Below, in pieces: positions 1 to 10,305 of a DNA stretch of 64,000 bases. The stretch lies in contig JAVYLW010000001.1 in assembly GCA_038740375.1 (NCBI GenBank), positions 11,530-75,529 of the forward strand, given 5' to 3'. Made by a program: the position numbers and the translations under genes. This DNA is from Candidatus Pacearchaeota archaeon. GTDB lineage: Archaea; Nanobdellota; Nanobdellia; Pacearchaeales; GW2011-AR1. How positions within the stretch are numbered: the stretch's first letter is position 1; each line of letters starts with the position of its first letter. Under the pieces are notes generated by a model, which saw only the letters and a program-made list of their open reading frames with translations, did no database searches and had not been told where the DNA came from.

Positions 1-355
1 AACATCTACTTTAATAGATAGTATTCTCCTAAGTTCTCTTTCAGTTATTGACATAAATTAAATAAACAAAGTGGATTTATAAATTTTTCTAATTTTATAA
101 CTAAATAATTAATATAAATCGTACATAAAATAAAAATAAATTCATTAAATAAATAAAAAATTATTTATTAAAATAAGTGTACATAAAATTAAAATAATTT
201 TTAAAATAATCAATCACAAAAATTAATAGAATCTTAAAAAGGTATAATTTCAAAAAAATCATTAAAATTAAGTTTGTTTTGATATCTAATCTTAAAACGA
301 TAAAAATTTAAATTAATATATTAAAAATTCTAAAATATCTTAATCTATTAACAAA

Positions 356-1210
356 TTATTTTAATGTTTCTAATAAAGATCTTAAAGTGCTTATATCTTT
401 TGATAGTGAAGATTTTTTTTCTAAATCTTTTAATGCATCAATATATCTTTGAACTTTTGAAACAAGATTATTAAGTTCGTCTTTATCAGCAGCTCTTGAG
501 ATTTTATCTTTTAACAAATTAATATCTTTAATGGATTGTTCAACCAAAACCTTTAATTCCTGAATTTCAGAATTAAATGTGTCTATGTCTTGAAATTTTT
601 TTCTAATCTCGGAATAGAGTGTTTCAACCTTGTCAGTATTTATGCTAATTCTTGATTCTATTTTTTTAATTTCAATTAATTCTTGTTTTACTTCTTCAGA
701 CAATTTAACAATTTCTTCAACACCTCTAAAAAATTCTATTTTTCTCTTAGTTTCTTTTAGTTCTTCCATAACTCTATTCATAATAGATTCATTACCTTCT
801 AAATTTGCTTTAATAGCTTCTATTTTTGCATCTTGCTTTTGAACTTCAGTAGAAATCTTTTCAGGATGAACAGAATCTACTAAATCATAAGCTTTGATAG
901 CTTTTAATTCAATTTCTTGAATACTTTTATCTCTTTCAAGAATCATAGCTCTTAATTCACCTATTTGTTCAGAAATTCTGGCAAATCTGTCGCTAAAAGA
1001 TTTTCTAACTTCTTGAAATCCCTCAACATTAACCTTTAATCTATCAACTTCAGTAGCAAGTCTTACGATATCTGAACTAGCATTTTCAGAAACTTTTATT
1101 TCTTTAGAAATTTTTTTCTCTTCTTCTTTCTCAGCAGCTTCTTCTTCTTGAGCAGCTGCTATAGCTTGATCAATTTCACTTTCTTCTTTCTTTTTAAACA
1201 GATTGAACAT
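356..1210 (-). CDS. Coiled-coil protein with N-terminal hydrophobic/basic tip (MFNLFKKK)
   Basis: 284-aa ORF, heptad-rich, E/K-rich; last gene of the minus-strand surface-protein/ATPase cluster. Confidence 0.8.
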   Translation of the reverse strand: MFNLFKKKEESEIDQAIAAAQEEEAAEKEEEKKISKEIKVSENASSDIVRLATEVDRLKVNVEGFQEVRKSFSDRFARISEQIGELRAMILERDKSIQEIELKAIKAYDLVDSVHPEKISTEVQKQDAKIEAIKANLEGNESIMNRVMEELKETKRKIEFFRGVEEIVKLSEEVKQELIEIKKIESRISINTDKVETLYSEIRKKFQDIDTFNSEIQELKVLVEQSIKDINLLKDKISRAADKDELNNLVSKVQRYIDALKDLEKKSSLSKDISTLRSLLETLK

Positions 1211-1538
1211 TCAAAAGACCTCTTTCTATCTCTTTATATAAAGATAGAATATTTTTAAAATCATCTTTATGATAACTAATTAAGAAATATTTGATTTTAG
1301 AGTTTAAAAGACTCGTTTTAACTTCTTCACAAAAAACATCTTTTTTTTCTTTCTCAAGCCTTCTAATTTTTCTAATTAAGCTATAATGCATCATTTCAAG
1401 CTCGGTTTTTATAGAATATTTAAGCATTTCTACTTTTTCCTTAATGTCTTTTACTTTTTTAATTTTTTTCAAAGTTTTCTTATCAACAATTTTTTTTGCA
1501 AAATTAAAGAGTTTTTTTACATCTTTTTTATATTCCAT
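1194..1538 (-). CDS. Hypothetical basic helical protein
   Basis: 114-aa ORF overlapping the start of the downstream gene by 17 bp. Confidence 0.7.
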   Translation of the reverse strand: MEYKKDVKKLFNFAKKIVDKKTLKKIKKVKDIKEKVEMLKYSIKTELEMMHYSLIRKIRRLEKEKKDVFCEEVKTSLLNSKIKYFLISYHKDDFKNILSLYKEIERGLLNVQSV

Positions 1539-1636
1539 TTAATTTATTAGTAAATTATATTTATAACTTTTTCTTAGCAAAACAAGTTTATGAAAGAAAA
1601 TCCTTAAAAAAATCCTATATTAAATGTGAAATAATC

Positions 1637-1695
1637 CATCCACTAAAGTGGATGAACTGCGTCATTAGTATTTCTATATATTTAATGAGAAATAC
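1637..1695. repeat. Two intergenic hairpins (CATCCAC-TAAA-GTGGATG; GTATTTCT...AGAAATAC)
   Basis: Perfect inverted repeats 1637-1643/1648-1654 and 1668-1675/1688-1695 in a locally GC-richer patch. Confidence 0.6.
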
Positions 1696-1942
1696 CTATA
1701 ATTCATCTGACCTCTTAAAAAAGCCGGATTTCTTTAAAGCTTCATAATTTATAATAATTATTTTATTTTAAGTATATAATTTTAAAATATTTTTTACGTA
1801 AAAATATAAATTTTGATTATTAAGAAAAAAACATATCCTTTTAATAGAAGAACAAATAATTTTAAACTTTCATCATAAATCTTGAATAAAACAGTAGTAA
1901 CATAAATATTTTAATTTTAATTAAATCTCTAAAAAAATTCTA

Positions 1943-4063
1943 TCACTTATTCTCGTTTTCAACAACTGGTTTTGAAGTCGCGATTTTTAAAGCAGCATTT
2001 TGTTCTGCAATTAATTTTTCCCTAGCTTTTTTTGCTTCTTCAATAGATTCTTTTACTTCTTCTTCAGATATTAATTGTATTTCTCTTTTTTTTGGTTTTT
2101 TTCCAATTTTTTCCCATTCTTTATTAACTCTAGGTGTCAAACCCTCTAGATAAATGTCAACAACAGAAAAACTTCCAGTCATAATTTTATCTTTAATAAG
2201 TTTTAATTCCATTTTTAAATCAAAAACATCAACATTTTCTTTTTCTAGTTGTTCAATTTGAAATTCTAAATCATCTACAATCTCATTGTATTTATTATAT
2301 TTTTCTAGTTCTTCATCAGGTAATCTTCTTGTGTTATGTAAAATAGGTCTAAAATTAATAAAATAAGGTTGTGCATGATTATAAGCAGGATTAACAAACA
2401 TTCCAACTCCGACTGAAGCTTTGACTAAAGACTTTAAAAAATCCTCTCCATATTTAGTCTTTATCCTATTTAAGTCACTTTCATCTCTAGTTCTCATCTG
2501 AATTTCAGTTGAAATATTCGCCTTAATCTCTCCAACAAAATCTGATAAAACTTGTGAAATTAATAAAACTCCAATTCCCCATTTTCTAAACTCTCTGCAC
2601 GCTCTTTCTACTTGTAAAAATCCTTCTCCACTTCCTCCAAATTTTGATAATAACCTATGAACTTCATCAAAAACTAATAACATTTTAAGTGTAGGAGATT
2701 CTTTTGGATCTGATCTAAATATCTGCCTTATAAAATTAGCAACAAAAAAATCAATATCTTTAGGTTCTAATTTATTTAAAGAAAAAATATTTATCTGTCC
2801 CGGTGTAGTATATTTGCTAATATCTATAATTTCTCTTGCATTAGTTATTTGTTTAACATTTCCTTTAAATGCTCTAGCATCACTTTCTTTTAATCCGAAA
2901 ATAGTATAATAAGACATCATTTTTTTATCAGTGCATTTTCTAAGCATTCCAGACCACTGCGCTGTAGGATCCATAACTATAACTGCAACATTATGTAAAA
3001 GACACTCTTCAACAATAACTTGAGCAGCAATTGACTTTCCTCCTCCAGTAGCACCTGCAACTATGCAATGTGTTGTTAACCTATTAGGATCAAAATAAGC
3101 AGGAATTTTTTTTTCAGCAATCTTTCCTAAAAATAGGAAATTAGGATCTTTTTTTGGAATAGCTTTTATGTCTAGTCTCATCTGATATTTTTGTTTTCTC
3201 TGAATACTTCTTCTTACAAAATAATAGATAAAAAATGCTAAAAATAACAATACAAACATTAATATCAGAAACCATACAGGAATAAATCCTAAAATAAGTT
3301 TGTTCATAAAAGACCTTCCTAATAAAAAAAATACTTTTGAAGATATAATTCTATTTTCAAATTCAAGATTAACTTGCATGATATAATAACCTTCCAAAAG
3401 ACCTTCAGGTAATTCGAATTCTTTTAACAATTGAAAAGAATTATAAATATCTCTTTTTTCAATACCTAATAAGTAAGTTTTATTATTATCATCTACTAAA
3501 TAATAACTAAAACTTGCATTTCTAATAACATCTCCTCCTAGTTTATTTACATTTATTTTAAAACTTATTGGCTTATCAAAAATAAATTTTGTTTTTAAAG
3601 ATTCAACAGATAAGACTATAGGAGGATTTTTACCAATTTCTTCAATAGTAATATTAACGGGAATTTCTTCTTTTAAAAATCCTCCTTTTAGATCAATAAA
3701 TCCGTAGTAATTTCCGACTTCTTTTCCAATAATTAAAAGATTAACTCTTGTTAAATTTCCAGGTTTTACTATAACTCCTGTAGATTCAAATTCAATTATA
3801 TTATTCAGACTTTCACTAATAGATAAGCTAACCTCTATTTCTCCACTCCCTTTATTTAGAATATCTATATTATCAAATACTATATCTTTAAGATATATTA
3901 CTCTTTCAATTTTACTTCTAGAAATATAATAATCATCTTTTTCAATTTTAGGTCCATAAGCAGAACCTTGAGACATTGTAGTCTTTAAATAAAATAAAGA
4001 TACAAATAGAAAAAAAATAAAAAGAAAAATTAATTTAATTAACTTATTTTCTTTTTGAAACAT
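1943..4063 (-). CDS. Membrane-anchored HerA/FtsK-superfamily (DUF87/DUF853-like) ATPase with N-terminal extracellular beta-rich (Ig-like) region
   Basis: Signal-like N-terminus, internal TM helix, Walker A GATGGGKS, Walker B LLVFDEVH, REFRKWG and ISQ motifs typical of the HerA/VirB4 clade. Confidence 0.85.
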   Translation of the reverse strand: MFQKENKLIKLIFLFIFFLFVSLFYLKTTMSQGSAYGPKIEKDDYYISRSKIERVIYLKDIVFDNIDILNKGSGEIEVSLSISESLNNIIEFESTGVIVKPGNLTRVNLLIIGKEVGNYYGFIDLKGGFLKEEIPVNITIEEIGKNPPIVLSVESLKTKFIFDKPISFKINVNKLGGDVIRNASFSYYLVDDNNKTYLLGIEKRDIYNSFQLLKEFELPEGLLEGYYIMQVNLEFENRIISSKVFFLLGRSFMNKLILGFIPVWFLILMFVLLFLAFFIYYFVRRSIQRKQKYQMRLDIKAIPKKDPNFLFLGKIAEKKIPAYFDPNRLTTHCIVAGATGGGKSIAAQVIVEECLLHNVAVIVMDPTAQWSGMLRKCTDKKMMSYYTIFGLKESDARAFKGNVKQITNAREIIDISKYTTPGQINIFSLNKLEPKDIDFFVANFIRQIFRSDPKESPTLKMLLVFDEVHRLLSKFGGSGEGFLQVERACREFRKWGIGVLLISQVLSDFVGEIKANISTEIQMRTRDESDLNRIKTKYGEDFLKSLVKASVGVGMFVNPAYNHAQPYFINFRPILHNTRRLPDEELEKYNKYNEIVDDLEFQIEQLEKENVDVFDLKMELKLIKDKIMTGSFSVVDIYLEGLTPRVNKEWEKIGKKPKKREIQLISEEEVKESIEEAKKAREKLIAEQNAALKIATSKPVVENENK

Positions 4064-4064
4064 T

Positions 4065-6164
4065 CTATTTTACCTCTTTTTTTATTTCTTCTTTTTTATT
4101 ATTTTCATTACTATTAATTTCTTTTGCATTATTCTTTTCCTTAGAAATAAACTCTAAGTTCATTTTATCTTTATTATCTGAGGATTTTTCTTCATTAATC
4201 TCTTTTTTATTTTCTAAACTTTCTTTTTTTTCTTCTTTTATATTTTCATTTATAGTGTCTTTTTTTTCAACATCTTCTTTTGCAGACTCTTTTTTGTCCT
4301 TTTTTTCTTCTTTTATATTTTCATTTATAGTGTCTTTTTTTTCAACATCTTCTTTTGCAGACTCTTTTTTGTCCTCTTTTTCTTCTTTATTTTTAATTAG
4401 TCCACTTTCTTCCATCTCCTCTTTTAATTTGTCTGAAAATTTTTTCATTTCTTCCTTTAATTTTTCTTTATCTTTAATAGTATTTCTAGAAATAGGTTCT
4501 CCATACATTGTTTTTATTTTAATATAAAGTTCTACTGCTTTATCAAATTTACCTTCTTTAATTAAATTTTTAAGTTCATTTAAAATAAGATATAAATTTA
4601 AAAGTCTCTCTTTTCTTTTTTCATCTTTATATTTCAAAATCAATATTAATGCAAGTATTGAAAGAAAAATAATTAATATAAAAATAGAATATGTCTTTAA
4701 CAAAGAAGCAAATCTAAACCTCACTCCAACAAAGAAATCATCAGAGTCTATAGCAATTGAATTTTCCCTTGATAGTCTTGCATAAAATATATACTCTCCT
4801 TCGCTTGCCTCGTTAGGAATAACTAATTCTCTTTCTAAAGATAAAAAAGAATTTAGATTAACAGACTCTTCATTAGAATTATATAACACTCCGTTTAAAT
4901 TTTTAATTGCATAGTATAAAGTAACATTATTTTGAGGGTTATCCTTTAAATTCCTCATACTAATATTTGCTTTAACAATATTCCCAGGTCTAACAACCTT
5001 ATACTTATCAGAAATATTAACATCTATAAAAAAGTCTAAATTCAAAAGATTTATATCTAATATTATTGGAATTTCAAGAGACTCTACAGAGTCTATTCTG
5101 ATACTTCCAAAATATTCTTCAGGAGTAGCATTAATTCCAGCACTAAAATCAACTGTAATTTTTTTAGTTTCTCCTCCAGCAAGGCTAAATGAAGTATCAC
5201 TTAATTTAACATAATCTGATAATCCAAATACAGAAAGATTAAAAGTAAGATTAGTATTTCCTGTATTAGTTATTTTTAGTAATCTTGTTTCAGTAGAACC
5301 TTGTTTAATCGAGACTTTGAAATAATAAGGATCTGCACTAAAACTCTTAACTTTCTTTGATGGAACACTTTCAGAAACAAATGCTCCAGCAATTCCGCTA
5401 ATCGCTCCTAAAATAGGAGGTGGAATCTTGCTAGGAGGCGGAGAAGGAATACTTTTATTTGAAACATTAAATGTCTGCCAATCAGTGCAATTCATATTAT
5501 CATTAGTATCCCATGCACAAAAATACCAATAAATAACAGTAAATTCTGGATCTATGATTTGAACGCTATATGTAGAAAAATTCTCAACACCGCTAAAAAA
5601 ATCAGAATAATTTGTCCAAACTCCTGCTTGTCTAATAGAAAAAATATAATGGGAAAGTTGATAATTATCTGTCCAATGTGTAGTAAAATTAACATAGTCG
5701 CTCTGATAAATAACATTTTTGTTTTTTTTAGGATCATACCATTTAGGAGGTTCTCTATCTGATCCAACAACTAAATAAACTAAATTACTACTAGTATTAT
5801 ATAAAAGATTACTTGCAATAAATGTAACTGTTCTATTTCCAAAGAAATCAAAATCTGGAACAAATGAAACATTATAGTCTGAATCTATTATTATAGTTAT
5901 ATTTTCTAAATAAGAATGACTAAAATTAAGATTCCTTTCACCATCCCCATTAATAAAATAATCATATAGATTAAATGCATTAGAAAGAGTTGTATTTGGT
6001 TTCCAAGAAAAATTAGGTATTGGTTTAATTAATATAGGCGGACCTATAGTCACGTTCAAAAGAGAAGTTACATTTTGAGCACTTATATCAAATAAAAATA
6101 TTAAAATAAGAATTAAAATAATAGACATTACAAATATAACTTTTACCTCTTTTGAAACTTCCAT
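4065..6164 (-). CDS. Surface protein with Ig-like domains, Pro-rich linker, TM anchor and charged cytoplasmic tail
   Basis: 699 aa; N-terminal hydrophobic segment, many N-x-S/T sequons, PSPPPSKIPPP linker, TM near aa 495-512. Confidence 0.8.
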   Translation of the reverse strand: MEVSKEVKVIFVMSIILILILIFLFDISAQNVTSLLNVTIGPPILIKPIPNFSWKPNTTLSNAFNLYDYFINGDGERNLNFSHSYLENITIIIDSDYNVSFVPDFDFFGNRTVTFIASNLLYNTSSNLVYLVVGSDREPPKWYDPKKNKNVIYQSDYVNFTTHWTDNYQLSHYIFSIRQAGVWTNYSDFFSGVENFSTYSVQIIDPEFTVIYWYFCAWDTNDNMNCTDWQTFNVSNKSIPSPPPSKIPPPILGAISGIAGAFVSESVPSKKVKSFSADPYYFKVSIKQGSTETRLLKITNTGNTNLTFNLSVFGLSDYVKLSDTSFSLAGGETKKITVDFSAGINATPEEYFGSIRIDSVESLEIPIILDINLLNLDFFIDVNISDKYKVVRPGNIVKANISMRNLKDNPQNNVTLYYAIKNLNGVLYNSNEESVNLNSFLSLERELVIPNEASEGEYIFYARLSRENSIAIDSDDFFVGVRFRFASLLKTYSIFILIIFLSILALILILKYKDEKRKERLLNLYLILNELKNLIKEGKFDKAVELYIKIKTMYGEPISRNTIKDKEKLKEEMKKFSDKLKEEMEESGLIKNKEEKEDKKESAKEDVEKKDTINENIKEEKKDKKESAKEDVEKKDTINENIKEEKKESLENKKEINEEKSSDNKDKMNLEFISKEKNNAKEINSNENNKKEEIKKEVK
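4225..4375. repeat. 75-bp tandem duplication (2 copies; 25-aa unit DKKESAKEDVEKKDTINENIKEEKK)
   Basis: Identical sequence at period 75 (e.g. 4231 and 4306). Confidence 0.9.
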
Positions 6165-6410
6165 GATATAATATCATAAGTTATAATTTATATATCTTGT
6201 TGAACAAGAATTTAAGGAATTTAAAGTTATATAAATCAAAATTTATTTTTCATCAACTCTTTATTTAATTCTTTATTTAATAAATCTGCATGCATAACCA
6301 ATTTTTGTAAATATTTTAAAAATATACAAATTTATTCAAAATTATTCTAAACATTCTTATTAAAAGTTTTAACTAGAAACATTTATAAATACCTAAATAG
6401 TACTTAATTT

Positions 6411-6635
6411 ATGCTAAAAGAGGAACTAAAAAATACTGAAAAAGGTTCTAAAAAAATAAAGGCTAGAACAGTAACTGTAAAAGGAACTATAACAAAAAAT
6501 CAAAGAAAAGTTATTCAAAAATTAATAGGTCTGCTTGGAAGTAATGAACAAGATGTTGTAGGAAAAATATTAACCTTATGGCTTTATAATGAAGGATTTT
6601 TAAAAGCTAAAGAAGGAGGAAAAAGAATGATATGA
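6411..6635 (+). CDS. Small putative ribbon-helix-helix (CopG-like) DNA-binding protein
   Basis: 74 aa; beta-strand TVTVKGTI followed by two helices; overlaps the next ATG (ATGA). Confidence 0.55.
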   Translation: MLKEELKNTEKGSKKIKARTVTVKGTITKNQRKVIQKLIGLLGSNEQDVVGKILTLWLYNEGFLKAKEGGKRMI

Positions 6636-9600
6636 AAAAAATAATGATTTCAATAATAATAGCATTAATACTTTTTTCCCATATAAGTGCATCAGAAGAA
6701 GAGGAAAATATTCCAAAAATAAATAATCTAGAAAGTTTAAATTTAGAAAATAACATTACTGAAAATCCGATTATTGCAAACATTATAGAAGATATCTTAA
6801 TTGAAAACAATATAACAACATTTAATCAAAATAAAGATTTCTCAAATGATGACAAAACAAACATAAAAATAAATGAAACTATAATAACTCAAAATGAAAA
6901 AAATGAAACAGAAATGTCAGAAAATTCAGATACACCCAACAATTATAGTGAAGAAAATGAAAATTTAAGAATTATACACAAAAATATAACGGAAAGTGAA
7001 GAGTCAGAAAATTTAAAGGAAAGTCTAGAAGAAGAAAAAGATTTAGGTAATGAAAAAGAAAATCAAGAGAATAATGCTCTCATCCGAAACAACCAACGAG
7101 ATTCTGAAGAAGGAGGATATAACTACAATTATTTGTTCTTAACAAATATAAGTAATAACTCTATTTCTAATCCTCCTTCTCAGGATCATAATGAAAATGA
7201 AAAAGAAATAAAAAATCTTCAAGAAAAAATTTTTACAAAATGTATATTAAAAGAAAATCCGAATAATGGTTATGAAGGAATTTTATCAGGATGTAATAAT
7301 ATAATATTAGAAATTAATGAGATAAATGAAAATGAAAAAGAAATAAAAATAAGCTCTGAAGATGAAATAAACGAACCTTTTACAATATTCTTAGAAGTAC
7401 CAAAAATAAAAGATATTAATTCGTTAAAGATATTTTGGATAAATAATAATAAAGAAATAAGTGAAAAAAATTTTGAAGATATAGATTCAGATGGATATTA
7501 TGAAAAAGTTCTTTGGACAATTCCTCATTTGTCTAATCAGTATTACAAAATTATTTTTAATTTTACAAGAATAGAAAACAATGAAAAAAACAAAATGGAA
7601 TTAAATATAATATCTCCTTTAAATGAATCAGTATTGCAAAATCCAATACAGTTTATTTTTAATATTAGTTATTATAATTTAACAAATTTAGAGTGTAGTT
7701 TTTCAATTGACAACATTTTAAGTCTAGAAACAATAGGTATAGGATTAGAAAATTTAAGTATAACTTGGCCTGAAAATTTAGAAAATGGAAATCATGAATG
7801 GACATTTTTATGTAAAGATAAATCAAATGATAATATTAAGGATTCTATCTCAGGCAATTTCATAGTAAATGAAAATTTTTCAATAAATCCTTACAAAAAA
7901 GTATATTTTCTTGGAGAAAATGTATCTGTAAAAATATATTCTAAAAATAACACTTATATAGAATTAATCAACCCTAATAATATAAGAATTTACAACCAAA
8001 CATTATCAGGAATATATCCAAAAGAAATAAATCTAACAAGCACAAATTTTACCTTACCAGGAAAATATAAAATAAATATAACTACTGATTATTTTGCAAA
8101 ACCTTACTCATTGACAGAAGAAGTTAATTTAATAGAAATAAATTTTACCTCTAACAAAAAAAATTTAACAAGAGGAGAATTTATTGATTTTCAAATAATG
8201 ATAAACTCTCCTATTCCTAATTTTTGTTATTTTTTGTATTTTGGAGATAATAATCAAACAAACGAGTGTGTATTATCAAATTCATTACAAAAATCAATAA
8301 CATATGCTTATAAAAATCAAGGATTATATAATCCGAAATTAGAAATTAGAATAGACTCTATAAATCTAACCTTCAATATATCTGCAATTAATGTAACAAA
8401 CGTTATTGATACAGAAAATCCTATTATAACTCTATTAAACCCAAATGAAGATGCATATCTTAAAAATAATTCTGTAATTTTTTCTTATAAAGCAAAAGAT
8501 AATGTAAAAATCAGTAACTGCACATTCAGTTTGTATGAAGCTGTAGGAAATTACTGGAGTTATACTTATAATGAAAATAGTTTAATAAAAAGAATTATTA
8601 ATTCAACAATAACAAATGACGAAATAATACAGATTCAGATAAATTCTCTTCCAGAGAAAAACTATATATGGGAAGTAAATTGTTCTGATAATTCAACAAA
8701 TATTAATAAAAACTGGAGATTTTTCACAATTAATCTTTCAGAAAATTCTATAGGCACATCCTCAACAACAACTCAAATTTCAAATCAAAATAATTCTTAT
8801 AACATTAGTTATGAACAAAAACAAGAAGTTGAAAATGTTATTAATCTTTTAAATGATTTTTTAGAAAAACAAGAGAATTACACATTAGACCAAAAACAAG
8901 TATTAGAAGATCTTGAAATATCAAAAAATTTAAATTATTTCAAAAAAAGATTAATTCAAATAAGCCAAGATTTTTCTTATAATTTAGAGAATATCAAAGA
9001 TTCTAATTTAAAAGAACAAAGAAAACAAGAATTAATACAAGAATTTCAAAATATAAGCTTGCAAATACCTTTAGATTTAGAGATTATAAATCAAAAAGAG
9101 TTTATTAAAAATAGTTTATCTTTAGAATTAAAAACATTTATAAAAAATTATCTAAGTTTATATAACTTATTTTTTAAAGATTCTGAATTAAAAAAATTAG
9201 CTGAAGAAAATTTCAAAATACAAAATGATTTAGAAGTTTTAACAAATGTAAAACAAATTAGAATAAAGTATATAAATAAAACAATTGAAGAAACACTAGT
9301 TACAAAAAATATTAAAATAAAAAATGAGAGTTATGAAAAAATTTTAGAGGTTTTTCCAAAAGAAATTTATGAAAAATATAAAATAGAATTCTTAACTCCA
9401 AATGAAGAAGTAAATAATTCAGGAATATATGAGATAAATACAAATGATATAGAAAACAATAAAATTGTATACCTAATAAAAGAGCTTGTTGATTTAAAAG
9501 AATTAGAAAAAATAGATACTCTTTTATATAAAGAATTTATTATTAAAAAAAATAATAAAATAACAGGTTATTCTGTTTTAGAAATAAATTTTAGTAAATG

Positions 9601-10039
9601 GTCTTATTATATCACATTCTTATTTTTATTTGTAGTTGTTTTATATCTTTTAATATCATTATCTAAAAGTAGAAAAATTAAAAAATGGAAAAAACAAGAA
9701 GCTGCAAAAAAACTATTTTCTTTAATAAATCAAAGTAAAAAAATGATGAAAGAAAAAGAAATAGAAAATTTAAGAGATAACTACCATAAAATAAAAGAAT
9801 TATATCAGCAAGTTCCAAATGCATGTAAAAAATATGTTTATAAAGAAATTAAAAAAATTCAAGAATTTATAGATAAAAAAGAAATAGAAGAATTAATTAA
9901 AGAATTAGAAATCGCAAAAAAAGAGAGAAGAATTGAAGATGCAAAAAGAATATATGAAAGAATAAAAAGTGATTATTCAAGATTGCCAAAAAAAGAAAAG
10001 AAAAAAATAAATAACAAATTTTTTAAAAAAAAGATATAA
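6632..10039 (+). CDS. Large secreted/surface protein (Ig/PKD-like domains, C-terminal TM and helical tail)
   Basis: 1135 aa, signal peptide, YFGDNN PKD-like motif, DTENPIITLLNP Ig-like motif, TGY motif before the TM. Confidence 0.8.
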   Translation: MKKIMISIIIALILFSHISASEEEENIPKINNLESLNLENNITENPIIANIIEDILIENNITTFNQNKDFSNDDKTNIKINETIITQNEKNETEMSENSDTPNNYSEENENLRIIHKNITESEESENLKESLEEEKDLGNEKENQENNALIRNNQRDSEEGGYNYNYLFLTNISNNSISNPPSQDHNENEKEIKNLQEKIFTKCILKENPNNGYEGILSGCNNIILEINEINENEKEIKISSEDEINEPFTIFLEVPKIKDINSLKIFWINNNKEISEKNFEDIDSDGYYEKVLWTIPHLSNQYYKIIFNFTRIENNEKNKMELNIISPLNESVLQNPIQFIFNISYYNLTNLECSFSIDNILSLETIGIGLENLSITWPENLENGNHEWTFLCKDKSNDNIKDSISGNFIVNENFSINPYKKVYFLGENVSVKIYSKNNTYIELINPNNIRIYNQTLSGIYPKEINLTSTNFTLPGKYKINITTDYFAKPYSLTEEVNLIEINFTSNKKNLTRGEFIDFQIMINSPIPNFCYFLYFGDNNQTNECVLSNSLQKSITYAYKNQGLYNPKLEIRIDSINLTFNISAINVTNVIDTENPIITLLNPNEDAYLKNNSVIFSYKAKDNVKISNCTFSLYEAVGNYWSYTYNENSLIKRIINSTITNDEIIQIQINSLPEKNYIWEVNCSDNSTNINKNWRFFTINLSENSIGTSSTTTQISNQNNSYNISYEQKQEVENVINLLNDFLEKQENYTLDQKQVLEDLEISKNLNYFKKRLIQISQDFSYNLENIKDSNLKEQRKQELIQEFQNISLQIPLDLEIINQKEFIKNSLSLELKTFIKNYLSLYNLFFKDSELKKLAEENFKIQNDLEVLTNVKQIRIKYINKTIEETLVTKNIKIKNESYEKILEVFPKEIYEKYKIEFLTPNEEVNNSGIYEINTNDIENNKIVYLIKELVDLKELEKIDTLLYKEFIIKKNNKITGYSVLEINFSKWSYYITFLFLFVVVLYLLISLSKSRKIKKWKKQEAAKKLFSLINQSKKMMKEKEIENLRDNYHKIKELYQQVPNACKKYVYKEIKKIQEFIDKKEIEELIKELEIAKKERRIEDAKRIYERIKSDYSRLPKKEKKKINNKFFKKKI

Positions 10040-10305
10040 ATATTTTATAAAATGAAATCTTCTCCACACTAAAATGCAGAGTTTCCTAGATTATTATATG
10101 CTGACAACATCTATTTGAACAAAAAGTAAGGATTAAATTAATAAACATTAAGAAAATACTGTTTTTAACCAGACTGTCTCCATACTCTATATAACACACC
10201 TATTCAAATCTATCTTTAAATACTTCAATTAGTCTTCTTGCCAATTCAAAGAAAAATAATAAACATCATCTCTAGAGATATTACAACAAATAATTTATAC
10301 CAGGA

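Noticed and set aside
4225..4375. 75-bp duplication as a regulatory or mobile repeat
   Set aside because: In-frame expansion of a disordered charged tail; an ordinary slippage duplication
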